DNA of 64,000 nucleotides from an uncultured cyanobacterium (GTDB taxonomy: Bacteria > Cyanobacteriota > Cyanobacteriia > Cyanobacteriales > Cyanobacteriaceae): positions 1,358,035-1,422,034 of the forward strand of contig CAVQBA010000004.1 in NCBI GenBank assembly GCA_963710605.1, in the 5' to 3' direction. Shown one piece after another: positions 48,245 through 60,891 of the stretch; position 1 is the first letter of the stretch; each line of letters begins with the position of its first letter. A model generated the notes under the pieces. That model saw nothing but the letters and a program-made list of their open reading frames with translations, was not told the DNA's origin and did not search any database. The translations under genes and the position numbers were made by a program.

Positions 48245-49383
48245 TCACAGTTTTATATAGATACGGTTTTTATCCATCCACCAACCGAGGCACCAGCACA
48301 GGAGCATAAAGACGATGCCTGTTATAAAGGCCCCGAAACTACCCGGGAATATATTTTGAAAAATAACTTCACTGGCCCATTCGAAGGCGTCCTTGCCATT
48401 GCCGACGGGAATGGTGCGCAGGGAGATGTAAAACAGTTCGGAGAATAGATAGATAACCAGCGGATTTTTTCCGAAGATATCGAAGAAACGCACCCCGAAA
48501 CGCTGCTTCTTAATTTCTATGAAATAGATAAGAACGCCCATCACCAAGAGGTCTATTCCGATGGTGTAGAGAGAAAAGGACTCGTCCATAATTTCTTTCC
48601 GATAGGAAAGATCAAATCCCACCCTAAGGCCAAGACGGTCAAAAGCCCCCCGGCAATCATCAATTTGGCAATGCCTTCAAAAGATTTTCCCTTTCGCTGT
48701 ATAAAGGTACCCGCCATATAGCCCCCTACGACGTTCACTACGGCAGGTAAGGTGCTTAATATACCCTCTGGGTCAAAGGGTATGACATCGCCTTTATAAA
48801 TATGGCCGTCCCCCAGTATATATAGATCGAGTATGGTGCCGGTATTGGTTGCCATGGCCAGTTCTTCCCCCGGTACACCGAACAAATAGAGTAGGGCCCA
48901 ATATCCCAATAAAATCAGGGCAGATAGGATCAGCACCTTCTTTTCCGAGAGGTAGAAGAGAAGTACGGCGGCGATAAAATAGCAAAGGGCAATGCGTTGC
49001 AGAACGCCCATTATACGGGTTTCTGAAAAGGGTTTTGGCGCCCATCCGTCCGTCGTTTGCTCGAAAAAAGGAAACCAATACATCAAGTACCCGCATAAAA
49101 ATATCAAGGCGGTTCGTTTGAGCACTTTTTTCCAAAATATAGTAGTTTCTGCCCCCCGTAATTTGCCCATCGAAAAGCTCATGGCGTTGCCCATGGCAAA
49201 AAGAAAGGAAGGGAACACCAGGTCGGCCAAGGTAAAACCGAACCATTGGGCATGTACCAAATATGGGTACATTTCGGCTCCCGTACCGGGGGAGTTCACG
49301 AAAATCATGAGACAAATGGTCATGCCCCGGAAAACATCCAGAGATAAGAATCGGTTTTGTTTTCGGATTTTACTATCCTTCAT
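48245..49383 (-). CDS. HGSNAT/DUF5009 (NagX-like) membrane acyltransferase, frameshifted near 48570
   Basis: SLDVFRG, TLADLVFPSFLFAMG, GVLQRI, DPEGILSTL, KKLWTS; second ORF carries GKNPL..Y. Confidence 0.85.
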
Positions 49384-49699
49384 TTTCTCAGTATTGGGGC
49401 TTGAGAGGAACCGAGCGGTTTAAAAATCGATTATTTAAACTATCCCTCAAATATATGATAATAATAAGCTAAGAAATCCACTTAGTTTGCGAAAATCCTG
49501 GCCTTGGGCTTTGTGGAAGCCGTTTGGTAACTGCAAATGAGCCTACCAATTCAGAAATAACACAATAGTGCTCAAAACACTTTTGCTGGTATGTAGGACA
49601 TGAAAATTATAGAAGACTGTAAATCACTTATGCCGAAAACTTTATTTGTTCTTCGGAAGGGCACGAAAAAGGTTTTTTTTTACCATAATTCGTGAGACT

Positions 49700-49727
49700 A
49701 AAAAAGCCCTGACTTTAGCATCAGGGC
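49700..49727 (-). terminator. Rho-independent terminator
   Basis: GCCCTGA/TCAGGGC stem followed by T6 on the minus strand. Confidence 0.75.
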
Positions 49728-49757
49728 ATTTTCATAGGCATTATTTTCCCAACCTCC

Positions 49758-51908
49758 TCAATTGGGTGCGATGTTTCCGTCTGCATTGTTGACGAAGGTA
49801 TTGTTGGTATCCGTCAAGCTATTTCCGCCCTGTACAAAATCAATTCCCCAGGAGCCGCTGTCTTTAATAGTACTATTCTCTAGGTTCAACGCCCCTTGGC
49901 AATGGATGACGATATTGCCCTGTCCCCCTGCATTGTACATCTGGCTGGCACCCCCTCCCGGATATTTCACAATATTTCAAAAGATTGGTCGCTGCGCTGG
50001 AATTGATGCCGATACCACGCCATGTGCCTTGGCCGTCGGTAACGCCTTTAAAAATAATAGGTTCCTCAGCTGAACCTTCGGCATTCAGAGATCCCGTTAG
50101 CGGAGTACAATCGAAACTGGGGTTACCCAGTATAATTCCAGCCGCGGTTTCAAATTCCATGATAACCCCGGGGAGAATGGTCAATGCCCTTTCTACATAG
50201 GTAACCCGGCCATCTTCATCCTGTGCGATACGATAGGGAACTTCCAATTTGGCCAAGGTAAGGTCGGCATCTTTGACTGCTCGACCGAATACCTGTATAT
50301 AGGCCCGGCCATTTCCTTCCGCATATGAAGATGCGGTATCCAACTGGTCAACTTGTGGCAAATGAAGTAGAATAGGTGCCAATTCGTTGTTTATCAAAGC
50401 GTTTTCTTCAAAATCCTCCAATTTAGCATCGGGATCATCCATGTAGATGCCAAATGCCCCACTATCGGTTATTGAGGTCTGCTGTATACTTACGCGGCTT
50501 TCACATTGCAAGGCAATGTTGGCCGAAAACTGCGAACCGTTGTAGATTTTATCGCTGCCTCCGCCTGAAATGTCACAATAGATCAGCTTATTGTTCGGAC
50601 TCGAAGAATTAAAGCCAAGCCCGAGCCATGTGCCTTTGCCTTCGACGATTCCTTTGAAGATGATATGGTCTTGTGCAGTACCCGTGGCATTCAATGAACC
50701 GGTGGTGGTGATACAATCGGCTGCCTGTTCCTCAATCTAAACCCCGAGCCGTTGGTAAACTCAAGAACGCTGCCGGGACTGATGGTCAACGCCCTGTTGA
50801 CGTTATACTTTTTACTTTCTACAAAGCGGTAAGGGACATTCAACATCGCCATGGCAACATCCTCATCCTCAATGTCATTTTGGCGGATTTCAACATAATC
50901 CTTCCCGTTGCCCCGATAGTCTGAATCCCCATCCAAGATGCCGAGCTGATTAAAATATAGGCCAATCGGGGAGCCTTCATTGTCGGTGATGGTGTTGCCC
51001 GAAAAATCATCCAAATCGGCTTCATCGGTGACGTAAATCCCGAATCCATCATTATCGGTGATGCTACAATTGACAATAGCGGCACCGGATTCGTCACCAC
51101 GGGTGAGCTGCACGGCGCCTTTTTCGCCCGATTGTCCGGAAGCAGTGCGACCGGCATGGCGTATGCTTACGTTTTCCAACCGGTTCTCGGGATGGTTCGA
51201 GGCAAAGTATATCCCCTTCCAAACGCCCTTGTTCTCGCTGGTGCCCTGTAATTTTATCGGATCTGCTTCTGTTCCAATGGCCTTTATCCCCCCACCTTCG
51301 GTCGCAAAAATGCCGCTTTCCGCACCCTCAAAGGCAATGATTACGCCGGGTCGAATAGTCAACAAAGCATTCCCCTTGACCGAAATGGCACACTGCACCA
51401 CGTAATCTACCGCGTCGCCTGCTTCAACATCTTCCCATATGGTATCCTCGATAATTTCTATCTGATTACATAGGGATGCATCCCCGGTAAGTATCGTGAA
51501 CGTAGGTCCGTTGACCGATTTGCCCTTGATCGTTACCGCTACCGGACCTGTGGTCGTACCTTCTCGCACCTTGGCGTTCAGTTGAGTTGACGAGGCCGAT
51601 GTTGCAGCACTTGCAGTACCGTTAAACGTGATGGCGTTTTCTCCTGCCGTACTGCTAAAGTTAGTTCCCGTAATCGTAACTTCCGTTCCTACCGCACCGC
51701 TGGTAGGCGCGATAGCAGTAATCGTATGAACTACTGGATTAGGGTCTGGTTCAGGATTGGGGTCGGGATCGGAATCACTTTTACTACAGCTTACTACCGC
51801 TGTTATGCAAAGCATGATTGTTAGATTTTTTTTTATGGTTTTGAGAACTATACCCTTAATGTGGTCCTGTTCGGCCTCGAAGAGCTTAAGCTGTTTTTTT
51901 GTTTTCAT
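49758..51908 (-). CDS. Lipoprotein with IPT/TIG domain and three beta-helix-like repeats; two frameshifts
   Basis: VVSC lipobox, DP/NP linker, ITAIAPTSGAVGTEVTITGTNF; recurring A.GT...PI.F.G......G.W.GI motif across three ORFs. Confidence 0.75.
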
Positions 51909-52011
51909 GACTTTAAAATTTACATTGTTATTTCTTTTTTGGCGAACTTTTGAATGAAATCATCCACTTAGCTATTGAAAGTACACCAGCAGCTGTACCA
52001 TTTCTTCGGCA

Positions 52012-52251
52012 TCAGGTTGGTGGCCCACCCCCGAACGTCTTTCCGTTAAGATGATAAAGAACAGGGACGACAAGGGCTACCTCTTCGGTGAGGATACAAG
52101 TCGAATGTTCAAGTGTTTGGTTAATTTCACCATTGGCATCGGCAATCACTGCGTTACCAGATCCGTCCGACGACCCAATGGGAGGGTTCGTCTGGTTTAC
52201 AAAGTCGTTTGCAAAATCGATACTTTGGCCTACAGATACTTTCCGCTTCAT
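52012..52251 (-). pseudogene. Possible gene remnant of unknown function
   Basis: 79-aa protein-like ORF whose start context is unclear. Confidence 0.25.
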
Positions 52252-52339
52252 GTACGCGCAATTAAAGGACCCCTTTGTGCCCTCTGAAATAGGATGCTCT
52301 TTGTTTATATGCTTTACGTCTTGGATCGCTACAGCAATT

Positions 52340-54221
52340 TTACCGACTCATTGTTTTAGTTTTAATCTTGGTTCGTGGGTTTTTGCGGATTTTTATCGAA
52401 GAAACTTTAACAAAGGCATCTTCATAAGCCTGGATTAAAATACTTTTAGCCTTAATATCCCCATTGATTACCATCATCGCACAGACTCCTGTATCTGAAT
52501 GCACAACGGAACTATTTAGTTCGGCACCCTTATTCATGGAAGCCGGAAAATATCCGCCTTTGCCGTAAAGAGTGCTCTTATCGGCCGCTTTTGTATAATT
52601 TGCAAAACCTAAGGACCTAGATTTCATAATCTCGAGTGTGGCTGGGTCGATCAATATTCCTTGAAAAATAGCGGAACAAAACTTGGCCAATTCGTGAACG
52701 GATACATGTGATCCCGCACTTCCAGGTTTTAATGTCCAATTCCCATAGGAAGTTCCTTTGGCATTCCCATACGGATATTTATAGAATAATGTGGGTGCCG
52801 AACCGGTAGCTTTATATTTTACATCATAGATTCCCAAGGGATTAAAAATGTGTGTGTTGACATAGTTGATAAAATGGGTTGCAGTTCCAAGACCGGGATT
52901 GGTTGTCCAGTTACTATACCCATCCAAACTTGCGACGAGAATGCGCAGTAGTGCGTAATTAGTATTGTCATAATGGTCATTTTTATTTTCCATTTTAATA
53001 CCATTTTCAACCAGTTCTTTCATTCCGTCATAGGTATATTGCTGACCTTCCATTTTTCGTAAACCACTGGAATGATTCATTAATTCAGCAAACGTTATCG
53101 TCTTTACCGTGCTAGGTATATTCCAATTATTAGGCAAATACGTATGTATTTTAGTATCGACCGATAAATTATTCTTCGCCAATAACTGAAGCGTTGACAC
53201 TGAAGTTGGTGTTTTGGCAACACTTGCAGGATTAAACCTTTCGAAGACCGTAAAATCTTTATTTGGAGGATCGGCTTTTGTTCTTGCGGGACCCTCAGCT
53301 ACTTGTATCACTTTTAACCCATGCCTCAGTTCAAAACCATACTTTACATATTCTTTGCCTTGCATGGCTTTCTTTATATTATCTGAAAATTTAATCAGAC
53401 TGAAGGTGTACCCTCCCTTGGAATATTTTCCGTTGGGAACGTCCTTTGGAGCTTCCCAGATAGCGGCATAACGGGCGGATTTTCCGATGGAATAACCGTC
53501 GACAAGTTGAAGTCGGTATCCAAGTAGGTGCTTCTCCATAAATTGCGCCTGATACTGCTTACTGTCCATACCATGATGGGCTACCCACGGGCCGCTTGGT
53601 TTTTTCTCCCAAATTGCAGCATAATAATCTTTACCGCCCACCTGATACCCACTTACATGTGCAAGGATATAACCGTTCTTCGTATGGATATTGAACTCCG
53701 ACTGATATTTAGCGGAATTCATCCCATGTCGTGCAACCCAAGAACTACCTGATTTCTTTTCCCAGATGGCGGCATATCGCGCACTTCTTCCCACACCATA
53801 CCCTTCCACTTGGGTAAGCGCGTACCCTTGGGAGACATAGGCACTGAATTTTTTCTGGTAATCGGCCGAGGTCATACCGTGATGTGCTACCCATTGTCCA
53901 CCAGATTTTTTCTCCCAGATGGCAGTGTAGTATACGGTTGCACCTATTTTATAGCCTTGGACCCTGGGTAAGGCGATAGCCTTGGTTCACATAGGTGTTG
54001 AACTTATTTTGATAACTGGCCGAGGTCATATTGTGATGACTTACATAGGCCGGCCCCGACATTTTTACCCAGATTGCCGCAAAAGTGGCCTTGCCATTTA
54101 CATTGTACCCGCTTACCCTGTAAAGTCGGTACCCTGATGAGGTATATTTGTTAAACTCCGTTTGGTACTTTGATGCAGACATCCCATGCCTAGCAACATA
54201 TGGATTTGATAAATTTGACAT
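52340..54221 (-). CDS. Serine hydrolase (beta-lactamase fold) with five N-terminal ~50-aa tandem repeats; frameshifted near 53950-53965
   Basis: Five W/YVA.HGM....YQ..F..Y...GY.L..V.GY......YAAIWEK repeats; ASVAK (SxxK), LMNHSSGL, YDN (YxN). Confidence 0.85.
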
Positions 54222-54859
54222 AATACTATTTTTAGATGTTTATAGATTCTCTACGGTATAGGAGTATATTTCTATCGTAAATACGTCAACTGCCTGCTGG
54301 CTCCTATTACCGAATTATTCAACAGTTTGTATTTGCGAATGCGTATGCTTTTCATGGTAACTTTAACAGAACATCCCAGGTTTGAAAATAATCTTCGTCG
54401 GTGTCGCCACGCTGGCCACTTACAATTTGACCTCTTTTTTGCAGTTCCGATAATTCTTTGTCAGTCCATTGGACTTCGGTTTTTTGTTAATCCAAAACTT
54501 TGTGAGTTTCCTGATTTCTTTTCCCCATATTTTCTAATTTTAAAGTTTCCGAAAATTGATGATTCGGCCCGTCGCCAATCAACAATACAAAACTAGAATA
54601 GCAATATCCCAATCGCTAATATCTGGGTTCCAGATGATAACAGTATAGTTCCAGTATAAAAAAGAGGATTGGATTATAAATTGTTGCAAACTGATGCTAG
54701 ATGGTAAGGATTGAATTATAGGTCGTAGAAAATGACTATATCTGTAGTTTACCGGTTCTGAATTTTTATACGGTCAATCTCTAAAGGGGGAACTTTTCAA
54801 ATTATAAATTGAAACAGACTACATCAGCACCGTACTCCATACCAGACCTTTAATTCACG

Positions 54860-56054
54860 GAAGATCCTTTTAAGGAATTTGAATCCTATCGTGGCAAAAG
54901 GCTTTTATTTTACGAAGACAATTACTTTTGGTTTGCAAACACGGAAAATCCCAAGGAAATTATATATACCAATTTAAAGTCAGATAGCCTGATCATCAAT
55001 TATCCTCAGCTGCAGGAACGTTTCGTACCCGAGGCACAAAAAATAATTAAAAAGAACGATTCTATTTTCATGATTACCCTATCAGATGGATATGCGGAAA
55101 TAAACTTGACCAAATTAAAAAAACAATTAATCAATTTTAAAGTACCAAGCCCAAAACTTGGCACTTTTAAGGATGAGGTCCAATTATATCCTATTGATCA
55201 GAATACCAAGCAAATACCTTATAAGAATTCCCACAATATAACTATCAAAATGGCATCGCCCAAATTGAACCAAGCTCGCTATTTCTATGACCTGCAAGGA
55301 AGATTTAATAAATCTGGCTATTTAGATCAGGGTATATTGAATTTTTCAAAACCTGCCTTATGGAGATTATGAACTGAAGGTATCATCGGTTAGCATTGAT
55401 AATAAGATTTCTGAGCCCAATACAATACTTTTTCAAATAGCTCCGCCGTGGTATTTATCAAGGATTAGTCTTTTGTGCTATTTTTTATCGGTTTTGGGTA
55501 TTATCTATTTGTTCAGAATGTATAACAAGAAAAAATTGAGGCGCAAACAGCTTCAATTACAAAAACAGATGCAACGTGAACAACATGAGCGAATTTTAGA
55601 AATCGAAAAAAGAAAAATTGGCCAAGGAAATTAAATTAAAACAAAACGAATTAACTAGCACAACACTTAATATAGCGAAAAAGAACGAGGTAATTTTGGA
55701 GCTCAAGGAAATGCTTATAGACCATAAGGAGAAGTTTTCCAATTCACAGCGGTATAGGCTTTTTCTTAAAAAACTAGACAAATCTGTTAAAGACTCCGAA
55801 TGACTGGAAAAGGTTTGAATTAAATTTTAAGGAATTGCACGAAGATTTTTTTAAAGATTGCTGGAGCAGTACCCAAAACTAACCCCTAAGGACCTGAGCT
55901 TTCCGCTTATCTAAAAATGAACCTTTCATCCAAGGAAATAGCGCCATTAATGGGTATTACGATAAGAGGTGTAGAGATACACAGATACCGCCTTCGCAAG
56001 AAACTAAAAATAGACACATCGGAAAATCTTTCAAATTTCTTGATTACTTTTTAG
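54860..56054 (+). pseudogene. C-terminal part of a Y_Y_Y/LuxR-HTH PUL regulator, heavily frameshifted
   Basis: IPYKNSHNITI, IAPPWYLS, KQNELTSTTLNIAKKNE, MNLSSKEIAPLMGITIRGVEIHRYRLRKKL read in shifting frames. Confidence 0.75.
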
Positions 56055-56072
56055 TCAAATCTATGTAAAAAC

Positions 56073-56217
56073 GATGTAGTCTGAACGATTACCACTACAA
56101 CAAGACTACATCAAAACGTTAAAATTTACTTTTAAACTACAATGAACACTACGGCAATCACCGCAAAACGTGGGGTCTTCGGCTCAATGGTATATTGATG
56201 TATTTTTTATGTAGTTG
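56073..56217. promoter_or_regulatory. Repeated GATGTAGT/ACTACATC boxes upstream of susC
   Basis: GATGTAGTCT-N20-AGACTACATC inverted repeat (56073-56112); further GATGTA and ATGTAGT copies near 56197-56216. Confidence 0.5.
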
Positions 56218-56282
56218 TTAAATCTTTTAACAGGAGAGCTATTATTAATTTAGTAAAAACATAACTCAATCGTTGAACTATT

Positions 56283-59200
56283 ATGAAAAATAAGCTCTTA
56301 TTTTTATCAACTGTATTTTTGTTGGTAAATTTTACCATTTTGGCGCAAGAAAATATAGCTGTCTCAGGTACGGTGTCCGATGATACCTGGACAACCATTT
56401 CCGGGAGCCTCAGTATTCGTAAAAGGTACTACAGCTGGCACACAAACTGATTTTGACGGAAACTACCTATTGGAAAACGTTCCTACCAATGCAACGTTGA
56501 TTTATAGTTATATTGGTTTTACTCGACAAGAAGTAGAGGTAAATTCCAGAAACACTATTAATATAAGTCTAAAGGAAGATGCTCAAGCATTGGACGAGGT
56601 TGTGGTTGTAGGTTATGGTCAACAGAAGAGATCTGACATAACCGGGGCGGTGGTTTCCATAAAATCAGAGGAGATTACTAAACAACCGGCATTGACCGCG
56701 GCACAAGCAATTCAAGGTAAAGTGGCTGGTGTGAATATTATAGCGAATGATGCCCCAGGTTCAACACCAACGGTAATTGTAAGAGGTTTGGGAACGGCGC
56801 AAGGTGGAAGGGAACCCTTCTATGTAGTGGATGGCCAGCCCTTACAGGATATTAGAAGTATTAATCCTGCCGATATCGAATCCATAGAATTTTTGAAGGG
56901 AGCCTCTTACGCCAATATTTATGGTATAAGGGCTGCAAGTCGGAGTAATATTGATAACCACGAAAAGGGGAAAGGAAGGAAAGGCTACCTTTAATTTTGA
57001 CACCTTTTACGGTATGCGTACGGTTTTAAATCAGGTAGAAGTAGCTAATGCCGATCAGTATATTCAATATTTCAATGAGGAGAGCGCTGCGGATGGGGCT
57101 TTCTTTTGCAACCCAATCAACGTTATGATACGAATTGGTACGATGAACTTTTGCAGACGGGCACAATTACAAGTAATAACTTTTCCGTTTCGGGAGCGAA
57201 TGAAAAAAATATCGATTATTTTTTGAGCTATAATTTTGTTCAGAGGAGGAAGGCGTATTGGCTGACAACAAATATAATAGGGGAAATATACGAAGTAACA
57301 ATACCTTCCACTTGTTCGATGATAAGTTTAGAATCATTCAAAATTTGAATGTTACTTATACCAATGAATCTCCTAAGCCCTTTGGTGCATTTACCACCGC
57401 TTACACACAATCACCTTTAGTACCAGTCTTCTATGATAATGGCAGATTTGGACAAAATTTTGTGAATCAAAATACTGGTATCGTTGGTTTTGAAGCTGCG
57501 GAAGGAGAATCCGTCGGCCGTTTATCTTCAAGGGGAAATCCCGTATCCGATGTTTTCTTTGCCGATCAGCAAATTAACACTACTACCCTACAAGGGCAAA
57601 TTGCTACGGAGACCGATATTACCGACCATCTTACTTTTACGGGAAGGTTTGGGGCTACGAAGTTCTTTTCAAAGAACAATAATTTTAACCCAATTAAAGC
57701 ACGATGGTTGAATGCAGACCCTAGAAGGACCGAAGAACAATTTGAAGATGGCCGATCAGATTTTAGATGGAGATGGTATTATTTCAACGGAATTTGCAAA
57801 CAATTCTTTTAATGTAATAGACGCTGAATTTTTTAGATGGAACCTGGAAGGCTTCCTTACGTATGAAAATTCGTTCGGAAACCACAACCTATCCACAACT
57901 GTTGGGGTAAGCCGTGAAAATTTTGGTGGGGCAGGGGAAGGGGTTGAGGCCCAGGCCTTCGATGTGTTTGAGCAACCAAGACTTAGGAGTATTGGCAGGA
58001 GGACTTCCTCGTTTTTTGATAATACCGTCCATTCAGCGCTTTAACCAGTCTACGAACCTGCAATCCTATTTCGAACTCGACTTAGGATATGATTTTTCCG
58101 AAAAGTATTTCATCAGGGCGGTCATCAGAAGAGACGGCACGAGTAATTTTGTCACCAACGAGAATTTTTTTGATGAATTCCCTGCAGTGAGTGTGGGTTG
58201 GACGATTACAGAGGAGAATTTTTTGAAGGAAAACAGTACTATTAATTTTTTAAAGATTTTTGCCGGTTGGGGACGAGGCTTCGGTAACGCCAATGTACCT
58301 TTTAACGCACAACAGGTAAATACAAATGCCGGACTCTGGAAATCAGAACTATGTTTTGGTCCAAACCAGGATTTAGTTTTTGGGGCTTCTTTTGGGAGTC
58401 CGGTGCTTCCACTGCAATGGGAGGTAACGGAAGAATATGAGGCTGGTATCGATTTTGCGCTTTTCAATAGGAAACTTTGGGTATACGGCTTCGTCACTAT
58501 AACAGGAGAAATACCAATGCTATAATCAACGTGCAAAATATCTTGAACTCATCTGCGGAAGGTAATTTCTTGGCACAAGCGGCTGAAGTGTCGAACACAG
58601 GTTTTGAAGTTTTAGTGAACTGGAGAGATCGCATTGGCGAAGACTTTAGTTATAATTTTGGTTTCAATTTTTCTACCAACGACAACCGGGTAGAAAATGT
58701 AATACCTGGTTTTGACGGTGAGGTCGGAGGCAGTTTTGAACAATGGGCAAATAACCAAAAGGCTGCCAGGAAGGCCAACCCATATTCGCATGGTGGTTGT
58801 TGGAGGCCGATGGCGTATGGCAGACCCAGGATGAAATAGACAACAACCCCTCGGTTGGTAATGCTGCTCCAGGTCATTTGCGCTATGTCTAGATAGAATG
58901 GCGACGGTACTATTGATGACCGGGACAAGAGGTTTTTCGGCAATTATATACCAACCTTTAATTATGGTGTAAATATTGGGGCTACGTATAAAAATCTTGA
59001 TTTTAGTATCGATGGCTTTGGCTTAGGCGGAAACAACATTTACAACGGTTTGGCCAATACTAGATTAGGAGGGGAAAATATTAGGTGGAGACGTTCAATA
59101 ACCGATGGACAGGACCGGGTTCAACCAATAGCGCCCCGGGCGCAGATCGAGACGCTTTGGCATCGTCCTACTATCTGGAAAAAGGTGATTTTTTTAGAAT

Positions 59201-59416
59201 CAACAATATAACATTAGGATACACTATTAATCAAATAGGTTTTTTGAATAGGGCAAGATTATATTTGACCGCCCAAATCCGTTCATGTTCACCAACTACT
59301 CCGGTTTTACTCCAGAAATTAACGGTGACGGAGTTCCGAATCAAAGTACTGGTATAGAACTATCCGCTTACCCAACTACGCGTACCTTTTTATTCGGACT
59401 TAATTTACAGCTATAA
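56283..59416 (+). CDS. susC: SusC/RagA TonB-dependent transporter, many frameshifts
   Basis: PGASVFVKGT..GTQTDFDGNY, LDEVVVVGYG, INPADIESI, ITTKRG, YPTTRTFLFGLNLQL. Confidence 0.9.
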
Positions 59417-59434
59417 TTAATACTCAAAAAAATA

Positions 59435-60877
59435 ATGATTATGAAAACTCAATTCAGATACCTTTTCTACCTAATGGTTCTTATGACCCTTACGTACGGT
59501 TGTGATGATTTTGTAGAAGAAGTTGAGGTCGTAAATCCAACCGCTGAAGAAAGCGGCGAAGACTTTCAACGCGTGCCAATTCGTAACCTGGGAATCTATG
59601 GTAGGCATACTGATTTTGCATATGCTTTTTCCTATCTTGGTATAACGGAAATTATATCGGATAACGCCGATAAGGGCAGTGCCCCTACGGATACGGGTGC
59701 AGATAAAAACCTTCTTGATGGACTTACGCATAATTCGTCTGTAGCGTGCCCTCTATTAGAGCCATGTGGACCCAGTGGTATAAAACCATTGGACGCGCAT
59801 CACAAGCTATTGAATTTACCGAAACTTTTGAGCCAATAAATAATGACTTTAGAACGCGACTTATAGGAGAGTGTAAATTTCGTAAGAGCGCTCAACTATT
59901 TTTGGTTAGTGCGCGCATTCGGACCTATTCCGTTACAGGACGTCAGAATTTAGTAGGGAGAGCGCCGATTGAAGATGTTTATGCTTACATCGAGCAGGAT
60001 TTACAGGAGGCCATCCAAGCCTTACCGTTAAAAAGTGACTATGCAAACCAAGATTTGGGTAGGGCAACAAAAGGTGCGGCAGAGTCACTTTTGGCCAAGG
60101 TCTTCCTATATCAAGAGAAATGGCAAGAGGCGGCAGTATGGCAAATACGGTCATTCAGCTTTTTGGGCAGTACGATTTAGAACCTGATTATGCAACAGTC
60201 TGGAGAGCTTCCACGGAAAACGGTATAGAATCTATATTTGAACTTCAGGGACGTGCGAAATTATTCCACATGGTATACAACAATATCTTCAACGCAAGGC
60301 GCTCGAGGACCAGGAGGGTTTGGATGGGGTTTTAATACTCCTTCGGAAGACTTACTGAATGCTTTTGAGTCTGAAGGTGATGACATTAGAAGGGATGCCA
60401 CTATCATCTTTAGAGGCGAAACCCTTTTTGATGGCAGGGAGATAAGATCCGGGAGTGGAAAACCCCAGATATAACGAGAAGGCTTATTCTAGCGCCAATG
60501 CGGGCGAGGGAGATGGCGACAAAAATATTCGGGTCTTACGTTTTGCGAAGTCTTGCTCATAAGGGCAGAAGCCTTGAACGAACTGGGCCAATCTGGAGAC
60601 GCCTTAGTCCCGTTAAACAGGGTTAGAACAAGGGTGACTTACCCAATGTAACTACTACGGACCAAGCAGCCTTACGACAGGCCATTTGGAACGAACGCAG
60701 ATTGGAATTGGCAATGGAACATGATCGTTGGTTTGACCTTCTACGGCAAGGAAGGGCAGCTGAGGTAATGATAGCCCACGGAAAACCTTTTGAGGTTGGT
60801 AAGCACGAATTATATCCAATTCCAAATGATCAACTGATACAGACGCCAGAAATGGAGCAATAAATCCGGGTTGGTAG
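59435..60877 (+). CDS. susD: SusD/RagB lipoprotein, many frameshifts
   Basis: Lipobox YGC, GRATKGAA..LLAKV.LY, ESIFE.Q, WNERRLELAMEHDRWFDL.R, YPIP..Q. Confidence 0.88.
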
Positions 60878-60891
60878 AGAAAAAATTGGAT

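Noticed and set aside
54327-54596. 89-aa ORF
   Set aside because: No RBS or motif, and it lies in a low-quality region.
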